Assembly (NCBI RefSeq): GCF_964204645.1
Contig: NC_134031.1
Coordinates: forward strand, 6,510,001-6,574,000
Length of the DNA stretch: 64,000 nucleotides
Origin: Tubulanus polymorphus
Taxonomy: Eukaryota > Animalia > Nemertea
Direction of reading: 5' to 3'
How positions within the stretch are numbered: position 1 is the first letter of the stretch; every line of letters starts with the position of its first letter. Shown here piece after piece: positions 27,001 through 38,354 of this stretch. Made by a program: the position numbers and the translations under genes. The notes under the pieces were generated by a model that was not told where the DNA came from, did no database searches, and saw only the letters and a list, made by a program, of their open reading frames with translations.

Positions 27001-28080
27001 TAGTCTCCGTACATAAACTAAGATATAGAATATGCAGCCATTCCATTTGATATAGATCAATTACAATATCTATGCAGCACGAACAAACTTGAACTGAAGA
27101 TTGAATTTCACTAATTTTTTAAAAATGTCGTGACCTAGCACTTATTCGTTTCAATGGATTCTGCGATTAAAACAATATATATTCAGTCCAACTGATGAAA
27201 AACCAACAATCAAATCGCAGAAGAATACAAGTTAGGCGAAATTCGAGAAAGTAAGTCGACGAATGAAATTATTCTTAAAGACGTCTTTAGAATTTTAACA
27301 ATACTATTTTTATTATGTCTATTTACTATCAATTTAATGAGTTATTTAACACCATATATTGGGCATCATTTTTAATAGCTCAAATACGTTTTATAGGTGA
27401 GTGTATTTACATTTAGCTTTAATTATTAGCAAGTAATAATGTTGTAGAAAAGGCCTGCATTTAATGATGCTATTATTTTAAGTACTTGTATTATGTAGCA
27501 AGTGATAAGGAATTAAGTTGTGTTTTGTTTTAATGAATATCTCTGAGAAAATACTTTAACAAATGCAAAAGTATAGACTAGTGGGTAAGTATAGCCAGTA
27601 TCTATGATCACCTACTATATATATATATAAATATACATAGGCCTTATTAGTTATGTTCTTTTTCATATCAATACTTTATCACTTTATTATTGTACTGTAA
27701 TACAATGATTACATTCTGGATTTTGGATCTCTCTGAGACAAACATTAAAAGAAAAACATTATATATTATATGGATATTTATGATTATATTTTATCGGATT
27801 TTCATCATCGTTTTATAGGAGCTAGTTCCCCTAGCGACAACTACACCGAAGAGTTTTGTCGTTAAAGAATCACAGGTAGTATTCGTGAATAGTTGCTGAC
27901 CTCTGAACAGCATATTCGTAGTAGCTGTCTAGTAAAATTCGAAATATTTCATGCAGTAGTTATACCAGTTACACCCGGATTAATTTTGAACAGAATATCA
28001 ATTCGTTACAAACCTGTCAATGATATCATCAAATTACACAATATCACCGTCCCAAATATGACGTTCATCCTAACCAACAT
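24100..28080 (-). CDS. Ionotropic glutamate receptor-like / variant ionotropic receptor lacking the amino-terminal domain, 6 exons, ~455 aa
   Basis: Exons 28080-28014 (signal peptide), 26888-26848 (TRVVTIV), 26685-26473 (YEGF..DILDEL...VPDGKYG...WNGMI), 26282-26076 (ADIAAAAMTISPDRLKVVDFT; M1), 25447-25294 (M2 LWYTVTGFAMQG) and 24785-24100 (M3, S2 YGLALPKNSP...LYNKWW, M4); all phases are compatible. The C-terminus may instead splice at a donor after 24115. Confidence 0.9.
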
Positions 28081-29068
28081 CGTGTAGCTGCTGCAACCCG
28101 CGCCTGCTCTCGTCTGTCTTCGTATTGCCTCACACCCTTTCTCTCTATCAAACTCGTGTGGTTAATTATAAACCCATCTCGATAGTTCGGTATGTATCAG
28201 TCCTATCTTTTCTATACAGTCAGGAACAGTTGACATTCTAACCGAATTCCACATCTCGATATATCGTATCTAACGTGCTATATTAAAACTTTGAATGAGA
28301 AAAGAACCCACTTATCTCAGTCTTGAAACAGCAGTTTGTTTAAGTGCAATTTAAGTTATATTTCGTAAATTCGTAAGATTTTCATGAATGAGACTCCCTT
28401 TTCATTCAAAATTAAGGATAAAAACGTTTCGGACATCTGCAACCGGCAAATCTTTCAGGTTACAACCAAACATGAATGCCTTCTTCTATGTTAGCGATTT
28501 CTACTGTAGTTGACGTCTATCAGTAACACTTCTAAGCTTCCAAATTTGCATTAGATATCTGATTATCTGTTTTTCACTTGAAAATGTGCCCGAAACTACT
28601 GCATTGATAATAATTGCATGCATTTCATTAAATTGAATGCAAATATCAATTTGTCACAAATGATTCATCCCTAAACGATTCATTCATTACACCGCGGGAA
28701 AACAATCATTATCTTCTTCACAGTTTATCATCGATTCTAATAGTCGGTGCACGGGTTATATTTGAGAATTATTCAACATGGTAACGACGGGGTGTTACCT
28801 CTGTTGGGTTTATAAGTATGAATATAAGTATATAAGTATGAATATTTTTGTATAGATTTTGTATGTGTATTATGTAGTCTATTGAACGATCTGGTGTTGG
28901 TCAGGGTTTACGCCTCCAAAATTCTTATCTGTCAGGTGTGGTATAAATGTGTGCATTCCCTGACCAGTACCAGTTAGTTCACACCGTTGCCACATTAAAG
29001 TTATATTGAAGTTAAGTCTACATTCGTGGTTTTGTGTCGTTTTTCGTTGAAATTGGTGGATTTCGACC

Positions 29069-30070
29069 ATGGCTGAAGGAGGCCGTAACACGGGGAACAC
29101 TACTAGTGTAATATGCAAGTTTAAGCTCGAAACATACGAGGAATGGCTGTTTAATGTTTATCTTGCTCTCCCAATCTCAATCGTTGGAATTGTTCTTAAT
29201 TCACTAACGATTTACATTTTGTCATCCTACAATTCAAACGTTCCCACATTCACAATTTTACGGATTCTAGCCTTCGTGGAAAATAACTACCTGATCATTT
29301 CCGTCATAGACCGACCGATTCGATATTTGTACGAGTGGTCGCGATTGGGCGCGGGAATATTTATGAGAAGAGACCGCGAGATCGGATCGTATGTGAGATA
29401 CTTCATGGTAAATCCTACCGTAAAAATGACGAGAAACTGGATAACAGCAATGATAAGTGTCGAACGGGCTGTAGCCATTGTTTTCCCATTTAAATCTAGA
29501 GTTTACATGACGACCCGAGTTTATAAAATTATTTGTACTTTGGTTATCATTGTCTGCGCATTAACGCAATGTACTTGGCGTCTTTACTTCAAGAAACTAA
29601 CGTATAAAACAGTGTTTTGTCCATTCGAGGTTGAAATTGCGTGGGTTCCTGTTATGCGACGTCTTCCGAACGTTAGATATAACTTTCACAATTTAATGCA
29701 TATAGGACTGATCACCTTCTCACCTTTTTCCATAATGGTAATTGCGAATGTTATCATTGTTAGATCACTAATAATAGCAACAGGAAAGAGGAATACAATT
29801 TCAACTAGAGGTTCGTCGTCAGCTGCCATACAACATCAAGCATCAATTTTAGCATTAATGGCGGTCATGTCATATCTAATATTCGAATTCCCTGCGGGAT
29901 TTGTAAAGGGTCTAAAATGGTTGACGCCAAAAAATAAAAGAACCCGACTTGCCGCGTTTGGTCGTCTGTTTACTTCTTCGAATTCGTGTATCAATTTCAT
30001 TTTGTATTGCGTTTCAAGTAAGAAAATGAGGCGACAAGTTCGGGTGAAATTGAGATGCAAAATACTTTAA
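29069..30070 (+). CDS. Single-exon class A orphan GPCR, likely paralog of 19215-20285, 333 aa
   Basis: 7 TM; GIVLN, LAFVE, RNWITAMISVERA.AIVFPF, FEFPAG, NSCINFILYC. Confidence 0.92.
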   Translation: MAEGGRNTGNTTSVICKFKLETYEEWLFNVYLALPISIVGIVLNSLTIYILSSYNSNVPTFTILRILAFVENNYLIISVIDRPIRYLYEWSRLGAGIFMRRDREIGSYVRYFMVNPTVKMTRNWITAMISVERAVAIVFPFKSRVYMTTRVYKIICTLVIIVCALTQCTWRLYFKKLTYKTVFCPFEVEIAWVPVMRRLPNVRYNFHNLMHIGLITFSPFSIMVIANVIIVRSLIIATGKRNTISTRGSSSAAIQHQASILALMAVMSYLIFEFPAGFVKGLKWLTPKNKRTRLAAFGRLFTSSNSCINFILYCVSSKKMRRQVRVKLRCKIL

Positions 30071-30637
30071 GATATTATTTCTAGCAAGCCTAGATCGATA
30101 CACTAGCCAATTTCATCCGGCATGCAAGGGCAGGGGGTTACGCTAAAGTGGTGACATTCTCATGGCTCCCGGATTGTTACGATGCTAAAGTATGGGTATC
30201 CTAAATTATTTAGTACTAAAGAATACAACAAATTGGTAGCTTATAAATGTCACCTCAAAGTGGCCATGCCAAGTGTCCAGCATCTATCGCAATCCTGTGG
30301 AAACCTATCCCACGACTTTTTCGATACTAAGTTGGTCAGGACTTACCGAATGGGTGTCCTATGGTGTGAAGACGCCATCTTTTGATTGCACCTCTAATAA
30401 GGATTTCAAAAAGTTATCTTGAAGTCACCACACAATTGCCTTGTCTCCATCGCATTTCGCGATATTAGATCGGTCGAGATCACTGACATGCCCTGACCAA
30501 TGGAGTTTGAACGCGAGTTCAACGTCGCCGAATTTTCAAAATGTAAACCTGTGTGGAACGAACTTATAGAGTAGGGTTTGATATTCCACCCCGATGTGAC
30601 ACGGCATGAAATGAGGTTTCGTTCTCCGGACGTCACC

Positions 30638-30743
30638 TACTGCCCTCTGGCGGTAATTAAGTTCAGAGGAAGACATCTAGAGAGAACGTCGAAACTTTCA
30701 ACACTGTAGATAATTTTGGATCATTTAGATAATAGCTTAATTT

Positions 30744-30777
<34 letters not shown>

Positions 30778-30874
30778 CTTGCTAGAATTGCACCGAGCAT
30801 TAGCACTACCTATAAATGGTGGCAACATTCTCGCAATGAGGACTCCGTGCCACCAGCTATCCCACTAGATGGCA
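30638..30874. promoter_or_regulatory. Divergent pair of putative CTCF-like motifs
   Basis: CCGCCAGAGGGCAGTA on - (30638-30653) and CCACTAGATGGCA on + (30862-30874) resemble the CTCF core CCASYAGRKGGC. Motif match only. Confidence 0.35.
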
Positions 30875-32013
30875 TGCGAATCTGTGCGACAACCCTTTCA
30901 AAATATATATATATTGTTCATTTTCAATGAACTTTCATCTAGATTTCTAGCCTCCCTCATCATGAAATTAGGCAAACCGTTCGTCTTGATAAACTTAGAT
31001 GATCTTTAGGTTCATTTAAAGGGCAAATTTTACTAATCACCATTAAAAGAATTTGGGAAATTATGGATTGATTCTAATTGAATCTGAGAAGAAATCCGGG
31101 AGTTGTTGTCTGAATGCACACTAGCGAACCTGGTGGATCCTCGATTGCCACCGTCGAACTTAGAGTCCTCATTACCGGTGCTGTTAAAAAGTGCAAGGTG
31201 TTTATTTCGTAATTTCCTACAATATCAAAATCCGGAAGGAGAAAAATTGCGGCTTATAATATGACGTCATTGTGAACTCACCGGGGTCATTGTTGAAGAC
31301 TAAAATCGTCTGGAGAAAAGAGACAATCAATGAGAAGTTAATTCAAATAGTTATACATCTTTTTTAAGTAATATCATAGAACATATTTCGATAATCGTAT
31401 TTGTACATAATATTATTAGTTAGATATAACTAATTAATCATACATATATAAAATCTAATACTTCTTTTTCTTTGTATGACTAAGATATTATCTTAAGCAT
31501 ACGAAAGAAAAAGAATTGAATCAATATCATTATATCATTATTGAATACAAAGGAAGATTATTTGTTACTAAGATATTCACTCATGTCAGATTTTTTGGAT
31601 TTAAAAAAAAAACTCGGAATATGGTATAAATGGCTTGTATGATGAAGATAACATTACTGAAGTGATTATACAGTTGCAAGAACTGTTGCAAGATCCCATA
31701 GTTCTGACTGTGAAAAATTTCTAGTGGTATTCAGCTTTTCATCGTGACATGAATTGAACGGAGCCGTTCAATGAATTTCCCCAAGGTGCTCTAGTAGGTA
31801 CGGGAAACTTCTTAAGTGTGGTCAATGTTTGGTACGCTTAAAACGCATAGTCCTTGAACTGGTTCATCGTGCGATGAACTGTAAACATATCTATACATTC
31901 GATTTCTTGTTTTTTTTTTCAAATCTATTCTTTATTTGTTTATACCTTCAATCCAATCACGAGACGGGTAGAATTTCTGACTGTAGTTCCGATAGATGGC
32001 GAGTGTGTTATTG

Positions 32014-35000
32014 TTATGTGTACGTGAACGTTTTCATGACTCCTCCGGACTCGCAAACAACTAGATTGCCTTCGTTGTCGATGGTGATCGCTCTGGGGTG
32101 ACGTATTCCATCTTTAGGCTTCAGCAGGACCCGTATGAATTCGCCCTCGGTGCTCAATTCGTGTATTCTCGAATTGCTCCAATCGGCTATCAGTATATGC
32201 CCGGTGTGGTCGATCGTTATGCCGCAGGGAAACTCCAACTTCATCGCTTGCGATTTCTGCACGTAAACGCGTCTCTTCTCGAAGTTTTTCGTCAGGAAAT
32301 AGACCTCGTTCTGTACGATATCGGACACGACGATCTCCCCGCTGCGCATGACGGCGATGAAGTGCGGCCAGCAGTTCTCCAGCTGGTATCGAGCCACTAC
32401 CTTGAACGAACTGGCTTTAATACACGGTATGAACACCTTATCGTCGCCGCAAACGACCATAATCTCGTCTCCATAAACGACCAAGCATTTCGGCGTATCT
32501 AACTCAAGTTTACGAATCATCTCACCGTTCACCGAAAATTCTATTATGCAATTTTTCTTGCTATCGGCGACGAGTATGTTACCATTCGGTAGAACAGCCA
32601 CGTCGCACGGACCTTCGAGTCGATTTTCGAAATCGCCGTTGAATTCGTCGACCAACCAGAATTCCGCCTCTTTGTTATCGATCGGAACTCGCTTTTCGAT
32701 GATTTTGATGTTCTTATTTCTGAAATCGGGTACGACGATACGGTTATCGGGCAGTACGGCGCATCCGAGTAGACTGGGTGTTTGGCGGTCGTTTCGGGAT
32801 TTCGTCGATATCGTGGCGACGATACTCGGCCTATCCGAATCCGCAACCTTCAATTCCCCGAGCACGTTATACGTTTGATCGGTCCACGAATCGTCGAGTT
32901 TTCTCTCGCGGAACACGTACCTCATACACCGCGTTCCGTCGTCGTCTCTTGGCGTACGAAACGGTTTAGCGTGTCCGAAACCTTTCAATTCGTTGTTACG
33001 AATGAACGTGTACAGATCGATCGTCCTAGCCGGCGTGCTTCCTTTTTCCAATAATTTCTTGTGCAGCTCTAACATATGTCGCAGCTTATTTTCTTCCCAT
33101 TTCGTCGAGTGGGCGATGATGCCGCCCTTGGTGGCGAAATCTCTTTCCAAAGCGTTGATCTTGTCCATCAGAGCCAGGCGCGATCTTTCGATGATAGAAA
33201 TCAGCGTCGTCGCCCGTAAGTTAACGCATCGCCGTAGATTGTCAACGTGTAACATCTTCTTACCTCGGACGACGTCGTTCGAAGCTTCGATATCTTTATC
33301 TTTAGCCAGCGCCATTTTCGCCTGGGAAAGCGTGTCGTCGATGTATTGATTCATTTCCCTCATACCTCCGTAGACGTCCATCATATCGTGGTCTTTGTGA
33401 TAGCCGACACACAGGTCGCAAATAGGCACCTTGCAACCGTCGTCGTTGCAAAAGTACTTGACGTTTTCGTCTGCGTGGTACGAACAGGACGGCATCTTGT
33501 ACTTTTCGGACTCGGATATCGGGTAGATTCGATGATTGACAGCGTCTCGGCCTCGGGGTACGTGGGTTTCGACGCAGTTTTGGCAAATGTTGATCTTACA
33601 GTCGCTACACCAATACTCGGCATCGCGATGACAAAGCTGACTTCCAAAGTGACTTCCTCCTTGATTTACGGGACCTTGCTTGACTTGACAGAGCGGCGCG
33701 TCAGATTCTAAATGTTTCTGTCAATATAGGAAGGAATAGTACATTAGTTAGCCTGCTTATCGATTTTTCGTACAAAGAATCGACAAAACTAACTTGGAAG
33801 TTTGTTGACGCCTTGAAAAATAACGCATATATTGCTTGATATTGTCGGTTATGAATAGCACAATACAAATCGCATATTATCAAGGATCAATAAAGTTATT
33901 TTGGATTTGAATAATATCGTTAATTGAAATGACCGGCAACCAGTCCAGCTCCGATACATTGACGACGTGGTGCACATGCTCCCAAAGATATTTATCAAAA
34001 AGATAAAATAAGAGTTATGAAATATATTTGATTACGAAATAAACGCCAACATTCTTAATAAGCCTTTTTACAGTTTCCAGGTGCCATATTTTGGGGTACG
34101 CATTGGTGAATCTTTGTCCCTATTATTCCCCGTTTAATTTTCTTATTTCGTTCATATCTCTGAATGGGATTAAGATAGAAAAAAAGTAAAAAGATCAATA
34201 AACTCGGCTGATAATCAACTTTTGACGTGGGAAGTGCACGTGCAATAATTATCAAAAAGATAAAATAAGAGTAATGAAATATATTTGATTGCGAAATAAA
34301 CGCCAAAATTCTCAATTGTAATTGCTATTTTAAAAAGCCAATATTGATGACGACTCACTCAGATTCCCATTAAATAACGCGTACTAGGTATCAATGTGTA
34401 TAAACATTATCTTAACGCTTTTTACGGCGTCCAAAGGGACATACCTGCACCAGTGCATAGTCGAAAAATTCTGGTTCCGGTGAAGGTGGTTCCGGCTCAT
34501 TGATCTGTTCAGCCTCGGCACCGCTTTCGTAAGGGGAGTACTCATCCGCCGAAGTGTCGTCTAACTGATGTTGAGGTGGCCCTAGTAATCGCGTCTCTTG
34601 ACATATTTTGCACCTCGAAGCGATTATCGAGTTGACCGACCTTCTCTTACCTATACACGGGAATAATCGGTATTAATCGCGCATTAAATGAAGCAGTAAA
34701 CGAACTAATATACATATACTCTCCAACCCTCGGCAGGATTCAAACGTTACTGGCCTCGCGGTATATGAACCCCTGTACCCGAATATTCCTAGTGGAAAAA
34801 AATTCACGTTCAAATCTGAAATGGTGAAAGTGTCAAATCTTTCTTTGGACCAAAAAGAAAATATGCTAAAACACGCATCACAAATAGCTTTTAAAAAAAG
34901 AGAAAAAATTACCCAACAAATCATGAGCAAAATCTCATACTCATTCATCTGCATATTGCATTTTATGATTTCAAGTAAGACATAAAAAACTGCAATCTGG

Positions 35001-35366
35001 TAATTAACCGAAGCAACTTCAGTATAGGTGAAAGCATGGGTACCCCAGCGTGGCAACAGGTTTTTTCATGCAATATGGGATCTGATCTATCGATTGATGT
35101 ATGTTGCCATCCATTAACAAAAAATGTCGTAGTATCCCATTTTCAAACCTCCGCCAGGCCGACTATCACGAGAAAAGTACCCTAACAAAATGGCGGCTAG
35201 CGACTGTAAAATGGTTTATTGTATTACCTTTTCGGTATGTTTCTTCGTTCGGGGATTTCACTCCTCCCATCCGTGCGCACTGCGGGCATAGTATGTGCTC
35301 GTTGGCGCATTTTGCGTACGGATGATCGTTTAACATATCTTTTCCGCAACTCATGCATTTCTTCAT
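32014..35366 (-). CDS. TRIM-NHL family E3 ligase (RING - B-box - B-box - coiled coil - NHL repeats), 3 exons, ~682 aa
   Basis: Exons 35366-35228, 34650-34445 and 33717-32014. A C3HC4 RING (C-x2-C-x12-C-x3-H-x2-C-x2-C-x29-C-x2-C) spans exons 1-2. B-boxes are WCSDCKINICQNCVETH and CSYH...FC...CKVPICDLC..YHKDH. NHL blades are GPCDVAVLPNGNILVAD, FPCGITID.TGHILIADW.N.RI and HPRAITIDNEGNLVVCE. Confidence 0.9.
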
Positions 35367-37133
35367 CTTGATTTGTGGCTGAATATCGAATAAAAAAAAT
35401 GCTTTTCTTAACGAGTATCTGAATGATATTCTGTTTGATATGATATTGTTTATTGAGTCAAACTTTTATGTAACTTGTATGACAAAGAAAACTTACGTAT
35501 ACATTAGACACTGATATGGCGGTTACATAATAATTTGCATATTTCGTATAATAATCTGAATTAAATTATATTACTAATATTTCACTGATATTCTATGGAC
35601 CCTCAAGGAGCACCTTCCGATGTGAAAATGCTTTAGTTAGTTTTGTTATAGCACCCGAGTTCATAGAAAGTAAATTGATAAATTTGTGCATTGATGGATA
35701 CTCGGCGTAATGCTTTGGGATAAAGTTTCTCCTTCGGAGTCCATACGCAGGACAAGTTAGCATAAAGTGAATTTGGAAGTGTACAATTGTGTAATTTCGA
35801 ATTAAGTTGAATTATTTTTCTCTTTCGGGGTCCGGGAAAGGAAGTTTTTCGCTTTTCTGTCATCATTGCCGATGTATACATAGGGTGACACCACCGAAAT
35901 AAAGAGTTTGCATTTTTATTCAGTTCTCGATCGAATCTAGCATTTCAACTTTGTTTTGAATCATATCGTCCTGGTATGGGCAAATTAACTTTCAAAATGC
36001 ATGAACGAATTGACTATTAACTCAGGTCATCAAATCACGGAATAACCAACACGAAAGCAACTAAGATAGCAAACAGAAAATGACTTACCTTAGGCTTACA
36101 CGGATACTCACGTGAAATGCCCAAAACCTAAACAGCAGTCCCCAGTTCGTAGCTAATGACGATTTCAATTCATTCTTAGTCGTGAGAACCATCGTTATGG
36201 AACGTGGGAACATTGAAGCGCTCTCGTTGTCTTGCGGGTTATAAGAACTCGCTCGTTTTTGTCGAGTTGAAACAGGTTTTCGAAAGCATTGAGTTTTTGA
36301 CTGGGAGCCGCCTTACTCTTGTACTGGCCTCTCGTTATTTTGAATGGTTTATGGATTCGAATTCTGGTGGCGCTAGTGATTTCAATCGAGACTTTAGTGT
36401 TCCCAACATTGATCAACTGTGAGAAATTCACGGAGCGAAGGTTATCGGCACAGATTTACGTCATTCTAAGCGGCGATCAAACCCAATAACGCATCGCTGA
36501 TGTTTCTAAATCCTTGTACATCCCCGGTATTTACTTTTCGTTATGTGTGGGTAAGAAAGAAATCACGTGCGCGGCCTCTATCTATTTCATTCAGAATTCC
36601 GAGCCATTTGTGATAGCTGCGATACGCGAGTGGTGCTTTCTTGATAATTTACTATTACACGCAATGTCGCAATGAGATAACAACACTAGAGCACTTACCA
36701 AATTTGTAAAAAAAAACTGTAAAAAACAACGATCTCTTCTACAAATGTATATGTGTTATAGACATGCGATATCGATTTTCGTTATTCTGATTCGTGAATT
36801 TGCGACTGGAACTGCTTGGCGTATCAAAAAATGATCATCTCCCATTCCACAGCATGCACGTTGAAGATGCTTTGGACGATGAATTTTCGAATGATATAAA
36901 AAATCAAGATTTTGTCTATCTTTGCTGCTTCGGGATAGATTAAAAACAAATTGAAGTGGCAGTTCAGCGATGTGCTAAATGATTTTTTAGAAATATGGAT
37001 CTTCGTATTATAATGTAACGGAAGATTACACGACATAGCACTGTCAGAGCGTCCGAACCAGCCATCATAAATTGAATAACTGTGATTAAAATAGTCAGAA
37101 ATTAAGATTAAAATCTTATTTATTGTAGATATA

Positions 37134-37325
37134 TTATGGCCACCAGGGACATACAGGAGGACAGATTTTCAGTCCACCGTGGACAATGCGATGACCTTGG
37201 CGAGTACGCACTTTCCTCCTAACAAGATCAGTTTCTTCATCATGGACAGAATCATCGTCAGTCTCTTCAGCCCGAACTCCAATTAGCAACACGGCAACAA
37301 GAACCAAACACCAGAAAATCTTCAT
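37134..37325 (-). CDS. Secreted prepro-peptide A (63 aa): signal + acidic pro-piece + basic cleavage site + cationic CPPVC/WW peptide; antimicrobial/toxin-like
   Basis: MKIFWCLVLVAVLLIGVRA-EETDDDSVHDEETDLV-RR-KVRTRQGHRIVHGGLKICPPVCPWWP*. Acceptor TTCTCAAATAG lies 8 nt before the ATG; AATAAA at 37124-37119. Confidence 0.82.
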   Translation of the reverse strand: MKIFWCLVLVAVLLIGVRAEETDDDSVHDEETDLVRRKVRTRQGHRIVHGGLKICPPVCPWWP

Positions 37326-37708
37326 CGCGCCACCTATTTGAGAATATCGTAGAAATAAATCATACAATTCCAATAACGAATATAGGCGTATAGTCTTGCT
37401 CGTAGTTTTGGCTCTCGGACCGGGGCTTGTGCCGGGCCGCCTCGGCATGTGTTAACAATGAAGATATCACAACGGTGAAACCGATTTATTCAGATTAATT
37501 CAAACGGAGAAATTTTTACTATGAAATAGAGATAATCGAATTTAGTCGAATAGAAAACCCTCTTCAATCCGTGTCAGTTGTAGCAGAAAAAAAGGTTCCG
37601 CGTTGGAAGTTTACGCGTTATCGAAGCGTTGTGGTTCCAGTGAAAAAAAAAATTGAGATCAAAAATTGTGAATGTTCCATGTAGATTTATTTATCATGGG
37701 TTTAGCAG

Positions 37709-37876
37709 TTAGGAGGACAGTGGCTTGTAGAAGGTCGTGCATGGCCAGGAACGGTTGATCCACGGTGGTCGAGGCCATGACTTTGGCCAGCAGTAATCAG
37801 TTACTTCATCATCAGTCTCTTTAGCGCAAACTACAAACAACACGGCAACAAAAACTACACACCAGAAAAGCTTCAT
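37709..37876 (-). CDS. Secreted prepro-peptide B (55 aa), tandem duplicate of A with a frameshifted Trp/Pro-rich C-terminus (functional variant or pseudo-exon)
   Basis: MKLFWCVVFVAVLFVVCA-KETDDEVTD-YCWPKSWPRPPWINRSWPCTTFYKPLSS*. It falls below the ORF-track cutoff. Same acceptor context (TCCCAAATAG/GTGGTGCGATG); AATAAA at 37691-37686. Confidence 0.68.
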   Translation of the reverse strand: MKLFWCVVFVAVLFVVCAKETDDEVTDYCWPKSWPRPPWINRSWPCTTFYKPLSS

Positions 37877-38277
37877 CGCACCACCTATTTGGGAATATCG
37901 TAGAAAATATTGTATACAGCTCCCATAACGATTAGGCGTATAGTGTTGTTACTCGTAGTTTTGGCTCTCGGACCGGCGTGTATTAACAACGACGATATTA
38001 CAACGGCGAAACCGATTTTGATAAATTTTTAATGAATAGTTTTTCACTATGAACTCATGAAATCTTTTCTAACTATTAGTCGAATAAAAAAACCCTCTTA
38101 AATCCGTGACAGTGTGTAGAAGAGAAAAGCCCCGCACTGGAATTTTACGAAACTGTGATCACGTAGATCGCGTAATCGAAACGTTGTGGTTTCAGGTACA
38201 AACTCTTGGAGATTTTATCACGTTGATTCCAGTGTGCGACTTTCACTTGTGTAAACAACTACGAAAGATTATTTTAC

Positions 38278-38354
38278 CTGTTATGCTGTTTCTTTAAGTT
38301 TCACGTGTGAAGCTGTTGTATGTGGCGTCTTTCTAACAGACAGCCATATTTATA
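38278..38354 (-). promoter_or_regulatory. TATA box and short non-coding leader exon for the peptide cassette
   Basis: TATAAATA at 38354-38347; ATG-free segment ending in a CAG/GTAAAA donor at 38278/38277. Confidence 0.6.

Noticed and set aside
32098-33711. Many overlapping ORFs on both strands
   Set aside because: Shadows of the GC-richer TRIM-NHL coding exon.
36195-36431. Overlapping 72-78 aa ORFs
   Set aside because: No recognisable motif or convincing splice context; may be upstream/UTR sequence of the TRIM gene.
37326-37448. N-terminal extension of the 104-aa ORF (MPRRPG...)
   Set aside because: It lies upstream of a splice acceptor and is not conserved as an ORF in the duplicate; the likely start is the signal-peptide Met at 37325.
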